Assembly: GCA_014729085.1 (NCBI GenBank)
Contig: WJKM01000017.1
Span: 1 to 60,978, forward strand
Origin: Candidatus Dojkabacteria bacterium
GTDB taxonomy: Bacteria > Patescibacteriota > Dojkabacteria > B142 > WJKM01
Reading direction: 5' to 3'
Length of the DNA: 60,978 bases
Under the pieces are notes generated by a model, which worked only from the letters and a program-made list of their open reading frames with translations, had not been told where the DNA came from and made no database searches. Positions within the stretch are counted from its first letter, which is position 1. Each line of letters opens with the position of its first letter. A program made the translations under genes and the position numbers. Below, piece by piece: positions 1-7,363 of the stretch.

Positions 1-450
1 GATTCCTGATCAAGTCAGGAATGACATAAAGAAATAAGGCATGACCTCGCCCCTACTTTGCCATTCATGCGTAACGTTGTCATTCCTGCGAAAGCAGGAA
101 TCTCGGCTCTTTTGCCCTCACTTCGTCCCTATGCTTTATACAAGATTCCTGATCATAGTCAGGAATGACATAAAGAAATAGTATGTTAGATTCCTGATCA
201 AGTCAGGAATGACATAAAGGAATAAGGCAGACCTCTCCTCCACTTTGCCATTCATGCGTAACGTTGTCATTCCTGCGAAAGCAGGAATCTCTTCTCTTTT
301 TCCCTCACTTCGTCTCTATACTTTTTTGCAAGATTTCTGAGCATAATCAGGAACGACATAAAGGAATAGTATGTTAGATTCCTGATCAAGTCAGGAATGA
401 CATAAGGAATAGTATGTTAGATCCCTGATCACGGTCAGGAATGACATAAA
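1..450 (+). repeat. Mosaic palindromic repeat array 1, truncated by the window start. It has ~188-bp composite units of hairpin A (ATTCCTGA-N5/6-TCAGGAAT) and hairpin B (ATTCCTGC-GAAA-GCAGGAAT).
   Basis: A copies start at 1, 144, 189, 332 (degenerate), 377 and 420. B hairpins lie at 82-101 and 269-288. The 1->189->377 and 144->332 spacings give a 188-bp period. No ORF of 60 aa or more. Confidence 0.9.
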
Positions 451-489
451 AACGACCTTAGGCCATTCTTCGGTCAAAAGATATATTTA

Positions 490-518
490 TTGCACAATCC
501 CGCGATTTATGCTATATT
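490..518 (+). promoter_or_regulatory. Candidate sigma70-type promoter TTGCAC-N17-TATATT, distal, about 580 nt upstream of the SLH gene
   Basis: TTGCAC at 490-495, a 17-nt spacer, TATATT at 513-518. AT-rich context, so false positives are likely. Confidence 0.3.
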
Positions 519-771
519 TAAAAGATATAAAAAGATCTACTTTATATCTAAGAATAAATTTAAATTTTTCTTAACACTTTTTTCGACACTTGTTATACTA
601 TATATCGTTATTTCAAATGAAGAACCAATAAATTGGTAAACTAGTAAAATTGTGCACAGGTACAATTTTATGTTTTATTGCTCCTTGAAAACTGAATAAC
701 CGCGAAATAAGTTAAAAGGTTTGAACAAAAAAACAAATAAAATACATTTATTATTATTTTAATTGATTGAA

Positions 772-870
772 GGCAGAAGATTTTTTTCTCCCTGACAGTA
801 AGGGAAAACTGCCGGAATCTGGAGTCAAGATCTTATTTTGACCCCAGATATCGGCAGGAATTATTCTGCC
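772..870 (+). promoter_or_regulatory. Highly structured RNA-like element (three-way junction) upstream of the SLH gene. Candidate cis-regulatory leader or small RNA; class not recognised.
   Basis: P1 pairs GGCAGAA (772-778) with TTCTGCC (864-870). P2 is TCCCT-gacagta-AGGGA (789-805). P3 is a 20-position stem at 809-857 with 2 mismatches and 1 G.U. The segment is GC-richer than the surrounding AT-rich spacer. Confidence 0.45.
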
Positions 871-890
871 AAAAGCTAACAATGTAAGGA

Positions 891-918
891 TTGCATCTAT
901 TTATAACTAAAATATATT
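891..918 (+). promoter_or_regulatory. Candidate sigma70-type promoter TTGCAT-N16-TATATT, proximal, about 180 nt upstream of the SLH gene
   Basis: TTGCAT at 891-896 and TATATT at 913-918. It competes with the 490-518 candidate. Confidence 0.3.
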
Positions 919-1098
919 TATTATTAAATAGAGCAAAGAATTCATGTTAGCTTAAAACAATGAGGTAGTACAATTTATCTCATTGTTAGAGCTTCGCAGA
1001 AGCTTAAAATCTGCAAAACAAGTTTCTGGTTCTGTAATTTACATATAATAAATTTTCAGATGCCAGAAAGTATTTAATATATTAATTTAATCAAGCAA

Positions 1099-3720
1099 AT
1101 GAGAAAATTTGCCAAAAAATTAGCAGCTGGTGCTGCAGTGGTAGGGCTTCTAGCCGGATCACTTTCACCAGTTCTAGCAGCTGGCGATCTTCCCATCTAT
1201 CCCGATACACCTCCAGCAAACGGAGCACGAATTTCCGTTACTGATGCACAAGTAGGAGGTGTGGATGACGCATTTGGAGACCTAGAAACTCTCTTTATGG
1301 ACATGAATCTCCAAGACGGGAAATACGAATATGATCTTGGTGTCCTTCCAGTATATGGAAACGACCAGGATGATGAAAATGGTGAAGATAGTTTCAGCAC
1401 ACTACAGGTAGAGTTGGATGACACAGGAACACTCCCTCTAACTGAATATGCATTCATCGCAAAAGATGGATCAAACACAAACAAGCCTGTATACAACATT
1501 ACATCTGTTGTAAACGCTCCTGCAGATCTAACAGTATGTGAATATACTATTGGAGACGACACAATCGAACCAGGTGAAGGTTTCGGAACTAAAGTAGAAA
1601 ACTTTGTTGACGATGCCAAAGATGATGGAGACTGTACAACAGTAGGTTACTTTGACGGTAATGACATCTACGACCCAATGGTCGACGAAGACACACTTAC
1701 CTCAACAGTAAGTATTACAGGAGTATCAGGGAATGTTCACAAAGGTGACCCTGACTACCTACACTACTATTTGGACGAAGTATTTTTCTTCCAAGTAAGA
1801 GATGGTGACGAATATGCATACCGAGCCGATGTTGAACTTGGTGAGGCTATGCAAGACCACTCAACAGAAGGTGTCCAAGGTCTAAGAGCAGTTGCTCGAG
1901 GATCTCGAGGCAGACTAGAGTGGAGAGCACCTGAAGACCCAAGTGGTATTGTCGGATATCAAATCAATCTAGACAATGGAACAGGTGACCAACTAACTCA
2001 CCAAACAGTAGTTTTCTTCGAAACCAATCCAGGAACAGATTATGATGTAGAAGTTGCTACATTAAATGGAGAAGGTGACGAAGGTGTAGTAGAAGAAGCA
2101 AGCGCTGACTCAGAAATCGAAGATATCGACTCTGAATTATCAGACATTGCAGACTACTACTTCAGAGACTACATAAGATACCTATACAATCTTTCAATCA
2201 TCGACGGTTATCCAGATGGAACATACCGAGGTGAAGAGCCAGTTACAAGAGCTCAACTTGCAAAGTTTGTATATAATGGATTCAAACTTCCATTTGACAT
2301 GAGTGCACCAGAATTTCCTGATATTGATACAGGACACTCACTTTACACATACGTTATGCTTCTTGCCTCTAACGGAGTTGTAAAGGGTTACTCAGATGGA
2401 ACTTTCAGACCAGATGAACCAGTTCTTCGACAACAAGCCGCTCTATATTTCTTAAGAGCTGCAACATACTATGACGAAGACGTACTTGATCTTGTTTCAA
2501 GTTGTGGTTTCCCAGACCTAGGCGGACTTGGATCAGAAGCACAAACTGCTGTCTGTACAATTGCAAGCCATGGTGATGGAGACTTCGCACCAATTATGTC
2601 TGGTTACTCCGATGGAAATTTCTATCCAGAAAGAGACCTAACTAGAGGCCAAATGGCAAAAGGTGCCCTTGGTGCTGCATCAACTATTGAAAGAAAAGAT
2701 CTAACAGCTGACGATGATCCTTCTTTCATCAACATTCTACCCGCAGAAGGTCTAGATGAATGTGTAGATGACGATGGAGCAGAACCAAACGTTGTTGGTG
2801 CTGATTACGTAGCACACGGAGCAGATGAAGCTGATACAGACTCATGTCCAGTTGGAACTCCAGATGGTACAGATGACTATCAATTCGACTTTATCCGACC
2901 ATTCTGGGTAACTGCAGAAGTAGAAGACCTGGAAGAGGATGAAGTAAGTACAGCTGGTGTTCAGCTTGCATGGGATGACATGTCAAACGATGATCCATCT
3001 ATCGATGGATACATGGTATACAGACGTGAAGTTATGGAAGACGAAACAGAAGAAGATGTAGCAAACGCTTCATGGGATGTATTAGAAGGTAACTATGGTT
3101 ACGAGCAGTCTGAAACACAGTTAAGTATCGCTGACGGAACTGCAGCAACTGCCGGTTCAATTGAAGTTACAGTTGACGGTAACGAAGTTGAGACAACTCA
3201 ACTTGCAGTTGGAGCAACTGATGATGATGCTGCAAATGCTATTGCAAATGCAATTAACGACATCGATGGATTCACTGCCACAGCAACTGGTGGTGCACCT
3301 TCTACTGTAGATGTTGTAAGTGATGTACGTGGAGTTGACTTCACAGTACAAATCTCTGCAAATCCAACAGGACTTGTAATTGCACCTCCTACAGTAATTG
3401 TAGATGTTGCTACTTCAGCAACAGGGGTACAACTACTTGAAGGTTTCGTTCCAGTAGAAATGGTCGATTATCTTGATGCTAATGGCTATGGAACAGATGT
3501 TCTCGTTACAGATAACGACGTAGATGCAGAAGACAAATACGAGTATAAAGTTGTAACAGTCAAGTTTATTCCGTTCCCATTCTCAGAAACTGATGATTAC
3601 GCAAGCATGAATGCTATGCTTGATGATGTAGTCGGTGATGAGGAAGATACAGCGGAAAATCTTGTCATGTCCAGCGGAATGACTCAAAAGGTTTCTGTAC
3701 CTTCAGAAGAGGAATTATAA
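1099..3720 (+). CDS. Large acidic secreted SLH-domain surface (S-layer-like) protein with FN3-like domains
   Basis: Signal peptide MRKFAKKLAAGAAVVGLLAGSLSPVLAAG. Three SLH repeats: IIDGYPDGTYRGEEPVTRAQLAKF, VVKGYSDGTFRPDEPVLRQQAA and MSGYSDGNFYPERDLTRGQMAK. FN3-like segment LEWRAPEDPSGIVGYQI. The C-terminal module is shared with the 4449-5888 product. Confidence 0.92.
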   Translation: MRKFAKKLAAGAAVVGLLAGSLSPVLAAGDLPIYPDTPPANGARISVTDAQVGGVDDAFGDLETLFMDMNLQDGKYEYDLGVLPVYGNDQDDENGEDSFSTLQVELDDTGTLPLTEYAFIAKDGSNTNKPVYNITSVVNAPADLTVCEYTIGDDTIEPGEGFGTKVENFVDDAKDDGDCTTVGYFDGNDIYDPMVDEDTLTSTVSITGVSGNVHKGDPDYLHYYLDEVFFFQVRDGDEYAYRADVELGEAMQDHSTEGVQGLRAVARGSRGRLEWRAPEDPSGIVGYQINLDNGTGDQLTHQTVVFFETNPGTDYDVEVATLNGEGDEGVVEEASADSEIEDIDSELSDIADYYFRDYIRYLYNLSIIDGYPDGTYRGEEPVTRAQLAKFVYNGFKLPFDMSAPEFPDIDTGHSLYTYVMLLASNGVVKGYSDGTFRPDEPVLRQQAALYFLRAATYYDEDVLDLVSSCGFPDLGGLGSEAQTAVCTIASHGDGDFAPIMSGYSDGNFYPERDLTRGQMAKGALGAASTIERKDLTADDDPSFINILPAEGLDECVDDDGAEPNVVGADYVAHGADEADTDSCPVGTPDGTDDYQFDFIRPFWVTAEVEDLEEDEVSTAGVQLAWDDMSNDDPSIDGYMVYRREVMEDETEEDVANASWDVLEGNYGYEQSETQLSIADGTAATAGSIEVTVDGNEVETTQLAVGATDDDAANAIANAINDIDGFTATATGGAPSTVDVVSDVRGVDFTVQISANPTGLVIAPPTVIVDVATSATGVQLLEGFVPVEMVDYLDANGYGTDVLVTDNDVDAEDKYEYKVVTVKFIPFPFSETDDYASMNAMLDDVVGDEEDTAENLVMSSGMTQKVSVPSEEEL

Positions 3721-3752
3721 GCTAAGGCTTGATAATACTCTTTGAAACGAAA

Positions 3753-3781
3753 AAGACCCCCATTCCCGGGGGTCTTTTTTT
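3753..3781 (+). terminator. Rho-independent terminator after the SLH gene
   Basis: AAGACCCCC (3753-3761), loop ATTCCC, GGGGGTCTT (3768-3776), followed by a T-run. Confidence 0.85.
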
Positions 3782-3854
3782 ATAGATATATAGAAGGACT
3801 TGTCTCGGTTTATGTCATTTCTCTTCTTTTTTATCATTCTAAAACCAAAAAAGT

Positions 3855-4345
3855 TGTCATTCCTGCGTAACGTTGTCTTTCCTACGAAAGCAGGAATCTC
3901 GGCTCTTTTATTCCCACTTCGTCCCTATACTTTTATATAAGATTCCTGATCAAGTCAGGAATGACATAAAGGAATAGTATGTTAGATTCCTGATCACAGT
4001 CAGGAATGACATAAAGGAATATGGCATGACCTCTCCCTCATTTTGTCATTCCTGCGTAAGGTTGTCATTCCTGCGGAAGCAGGAATCTCTTCTCTTTTTC
4101 CCTCACTTCGTCCCTATACTTTTATATAAGATTCCTGATCACAGTCAGGAATGACATAAGGAATAGTATGTTAGATTCCTGATCAAGTCAGGAATGACAT
4201 AAAGGAATAAGGCATGACCTCTCCTTCACTTTTCCATTCCTGCGTAACGTTGTCATTCCTGCGAAAGCAGGAATCTCTTTTATTTTACTCCCACTTCGTC
4301 CCTATACTTTTATACAAGATCCCTGATCACAGTCAGGATCACATA
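3855..4345 (+). repeat. Mosaic palindromic repeat array 2, same units and orientation as array 1
   Basis: A copies start at 3941, 3985, 4130, 4174 and 4318 (degenerate). B hairpins lie near 3877-3897 (degenerate), at 4067-4086 (GGAA loop) and at 4255-4274 (GAAA loop). The period is 188-189 bp. Confidence 0.92.
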
Positions 4346-4407
4346 AGAGAGAGGTATTAAAAGATAGAAGAACCGCCTTTCCCTGTACCCTACTTCTTTA
4401 TCCCCTT

Positions 4408-4416
4408 TGCTATAAT
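4408..4416 (+). promoter_or_regulatory. Candidate extended -10 promoter element TGcTATAAT for the second SLH gene
   Basis: TGC at 4408-4410 and TATAAT at 4411-4416. There is no good -35. This placement favours the ATG at 4449 over the ORF-track start at 4419. Confidence 0.4.
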
Positions 4417-4448
4417 AAATGTGTATCTATTTATTACTACTAATTATT

Positions 4449-5888
4449 ATGAAGAAAATACTTACTCTTACTGCTTTATTAATATTATTTTTAACATTTT
4501 GCTCTTCACAGGTGTTTGCTGAATACAGAAACAGTGTTTCATTTGAGGATATTGTAAATCACGAGAACCAGCACCATATTACTTATCTTTATAAACTAGG
4601 ACTTATAGACGGCTATTCTGATGGAACTTTTAGGCCGGACAATACAGTTACAAGAGGAGAATTTGCAAAATTTATAAAAAATGTCTTTCAAGTACCTGAT
4701 AATCTTGATGGAGAAACATTTCCTGATGTCCCAGAAGATCATTGTTTTTTCCAGCATATTCATTCCTTAAAAAATGCTGGAATCATACACGGTTTTTCAG
4801 ACGGAGAATATAAACCTGAGCGCCCAATAACCAAAGGAGAGGCTACAAAAATAATATTCAATTCCGCAAAACACAAAGATCCGAATGTAATTTTCGAGTC
4901 CGAAAGCTGTTTATTTTCTGATATTGAAACCAATGAATTTAAAGGTTTTATATGCGGACTTGTAAACTATACCGAAGACGGATTTGAAAAAATCATTGAT
5001 AATTCTAATTCCAAATTTAATCCTGAAGAAAATATTACAAGAGGACTGGTTGCAAGATGGACATTAAATGCCGGTTCGTATATTCCAAAAACGACCGAAT
5101 TTGAATACGATAAATTCATTGAATTCACAGGTTGGACAAATAATTTTATCCGCCCTGTTCCAGTTAACAAATTTAGAGCAATTGCACTTTCAAACGGCAT
5201 TGAACTTAGTTGGGATGATTTTGTGAATAAAAATATTGATGATAGTATCGATGGATACGTATTAATGAAAAAAGACGGATCTGATTTCGAGCCGATTGAC
5301 CATGTTAATGGACTCGGGGCAACTGCACAGGAAGAGGAACTGGAAGTTTATGGAACAATTGAAGCAGGAGATGAGTATAAAGTTTTTGTAAACAATGATA
5401 ATGAATACTCTTATACCGTTCAAGCTGGGGATACATTGGAATCTGTGGCCGATTCTATCTCGAATCTAATTGACCAAGATGATGCAATCTCTACGCTCAT
5501 CAAGAATTCCGATCCAGACGAGATTATTATAACTTCTTCTATTGCAGGAGTTGAATTTGATATCGATGCTTATGCAATAAACGGTGGTGCTTCTAACAAC
5601 CAGGGTTTTAATCAAGAAGAACTTGTAGAAAATGATATGGGCACATCTATTGAATTTGGAGTAGTACTAACAGGAGATATACCAGGTGAAAAGGGACTAT
5701 ATTCAGATTTAACAGTAAGGGATGATCGAATGTATTATTATAAAATCGCTGCTTTTAAATTCATCCCAAAGGAGCTTTCCAGCGGTGATTACAATACTCA
5801 ACTCGAGTTGGAAAATGATCTGCAAAATCAAGACAACATGATAATAGGACCTTGGGAGGAAATAAGCATAGAAACTCCCGAGAATTAA
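4449..5888 (+). CDS. Secreted SLH-domain surface protein, paralog of the 1099-3720 C-terminal module
   Basis: From the internal Met there is a signal peptide MKKILTLTALLILFLTFCSSQVFA. SLH repeats LIDGYSDGTFRPDNTVTRGEFAKF and IIHGFSDGEYKPERPITKGEATK. The C-terminal FIRP...W(D)D...DDSIDGY...YYYKIAAFKFIP parallels FIRP...AWDD...DPSIDGY...YEYKVVTVKFIP in gene 1. The maximal ORF starts at 4419. Confidence 0.9.
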   Translation: MKKILTLTALLILFLTFCSSQVFAEYRNSVSFEDIVNHENQHHITYLYKLGLIDGYSDGTFRPDNTVTRGEFAKFIKNVFQVPDNLDGETFPDVPEDHCFFQHIHSLKNAGIIHGFSDGEYKPERPITKGEATKIIFNSAKHKDPNVIFESESCLFSDIETNEFKGFICGLVNYTEDGFEKIIDNSNSKFNPEENITRGLVARWTLNAGSYIPKTTEFEYDKFIEFTGWTNNFIRPVPVNKFRAIALSNGIELSWDDFVNKNIDDSIDGYVLMKKDGSDFEPIDHVNGLGATAQEEELEVYGTIEAGDEYKVFVNNDNEYSYTVQAGDTLESVADSISNLIDQDDAISTLIKNSDPDEIIITSSIAGVEFDIDAYAINGGASNNQGFNQEELVENDMGTSIEFGVVLTGDIPGEKGLYSDLTVRDDRMYYYKIAAFKFIPKELSSGDYNTQLELENDLQNQDNMIIGPWEEISIETPEN

Positions 5889-5927
5889 AATTCTAAATTC
5901 AGGGGGCTTTAAGTGGATTTATAAGTT

Positions 5928-6385
5928 TTCCTATGCTTTTATACAAGATTCCTGATCACAGTCAGGAATGACTTAAGGGAATAGTATGCTAGATTCCTGA
6001 TCACGGTCAGGAATGACTTAAGGGAATAAGGCATGACCTCTCCCCCACATTGTCATTCCTGCGTAACGTTGTCATTCCTGCGGAAGCAGGAATCTCTTTT
6101 CTTTTACTCCCACTTCGTCCCTATACTTTATACACAAGATTCCTGATCAAGTCAGGAATGACATAAAGGAATATGGCATGACCTCTCCTCCACTTTGTCA
6201 TTCCTGCGAAAGCAGGAATCTCTTTTCTTTTGCCCTTGCTTCGTCCCTATACTTTTATACAAGATTCCTGATCACAGTCAGGAATGACATAAGGGAATAG
6301 TATGCTAGATTCCTGATCACAGTCAGGAATGACATAAGGGAATAGTATGTTAGATTCCTCATCATAGCCAGGAATAACATAAAGA
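5928..6385 (+). repeat. Mosaic palindromic repeat array 3, same units and orientation
   Basis: A copies start at 5947, 5992, 6138, 6263, 6308 and 6353 (degenerate). B hairpins lie at 6074-6093 (GGAA loop) and 6200-6219 (GAAA loop; short B variant lacking the first core copy). Confidence 0.92.
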
Positions 6386-6487
6386 TAGCTGTCTCAATAA
6401 TTATGAATTACAAAAACTATTCTTTTCTAAACAAAATCAGAATTTTTCAATGTTATAATGGATTTTGAAATTTAAAACAAATAATAT

Positions 6488-7363
6488 ATGAATAAGCCCA
6501 TAAGAAAAGGCCTAAAACTAATTCAACAATTAGGAATTGATAATTTGGTCGTGAATATCTCTAAAACTAAGGTCTTTAAAAATTTTATTCTTAAAAATTT
6601 TTGGGACACAACAACACCTCAAACATATTTCAAGCAATATAAGGCATTTGATGAACTTCTCAGTGAATACAAAATTCAAATAAATAACAAAACAATACTG
6701 GAAATTGGTTCGGGAAATTCCATAGGTATGGGTTATTATTTTTATAAAGATGGATATAAACTTTGGGTTGCTTCAGATAATTATCGAAATCCCCAAAAAA
6801 ACAAGAAACTGTCTAAAAAAGAAATGGAAATCGCACAGGATGCAGTATCACGATTTGGAAATGAACTTTTGAAGGATATATCAATCGAGAATGATACTAT
6901 TCAATATAATGGTAAATTAGACTTTATAAACTTAGATATTGGGAAACAAGAACAGAAATTAATGAACAAATTTGATCTAATCTTTTCTAATGCCGTCTTG
7001 GAACACATTGAACGTAAGTCAATGCTGGATTCGTTTAAAAATATGGCTTTATACTTAAAAAATGGAGGTTATATGATTCATAGGGTTGATCTTCGGGATC
7101 ATATCAATGTTGCTAATCCTTTCAATTTCTACAAATATTCAACACCAGAATGGGAAAAAACTACAAAGGGATCTATTTTTTACACAAATAGACTAAGAGT
7201 TTCAGATTACCTAAAAATAATCAAAAAAAACAAATTAATACTAATAGATATGGTAACAAAGGAAACAGGACTTCCAAAAAAAATACATCCATCTTTAACA
7301 GATAAATACGATAAAAATGACTTATCAAAATACTCCCTTACCTTGATAATCAAAAAAGCATGA
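6488..7363 (+). CDS. Class I SAM-dependent methyltransferase
   Basis: Motif I-like ILEIGSGNSIGMG and post-I/II acidic residues. The stop TGA overlaps the next start (ATGA). Confidence 0.75.
   Translation: MNKPIRKGLKLIQQLGIDNLVVNISKTKVFKNFILKNFWDTTTPQTYFKQYKAFDELLSEYKIQINNKTILEIGSGNSIGMGYYFYKDGYKLWVASDNYRNPQKNKKLSKKEMEIAQDAVSRFGNELLKDISIENDTIQYNGKLDFINLDIGKQEQKLMNKFDLIFSNAVLEHIERKSMLDSFKNMALYLKNGGYMIHRVDLRDHINVANPFNFYKYSTPEWEKTTKGSIFYTNRLRVSDYLKIIKKNKLILIDMVTKETGLPKKIHPSLTDKYDKNDLSKYSLTLIIKKA

Noticed and set aside
1197-3351. Antisense ORFs inside the SLH gene (1197-1619, 2405-2593, 3157-3351). Similar short nested ORFs elsewhere include 4967-5200, 7426-7650, 10678-11016, 11222-11443, 17611-18053, 22063-22254, 28811-29198, 31183-31419, 32495-32749, 39682-39888, 41015-41452, 44153-44537, 47115-47921, 48342-48545, 50052-50428, 55829-56071 and 59790-60032.
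   Set aside because: All are fully embedded in longer ORFs that carry recognisable motifs or membrane profiles. Their sequences are low-complexity or lack any motif.
3855-4345. Integron attC sites, because the layout is cassette-like and GTTAGAT fits GTTRRRY
   Set aside because: I found no matching inverse core (ATCTAAC-type RYYYAAC) partner. The arrays are 450-500 bp rather than 57-141 bp. No intI-like integrase is present, and the cassettes carry their own promoters and terminator.
1-6385. The repeat arrays could be CRISPR or TIGR-like guide arrays
   Set aside because: The sequences between the 36-nt hairpin-A copies are themselves conserved. They alternate between 8 nt (gtatgtta) and about 108 nt (the B element plus linkers). 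There are no unique spacers and no cas- or tas-like genes in the window.
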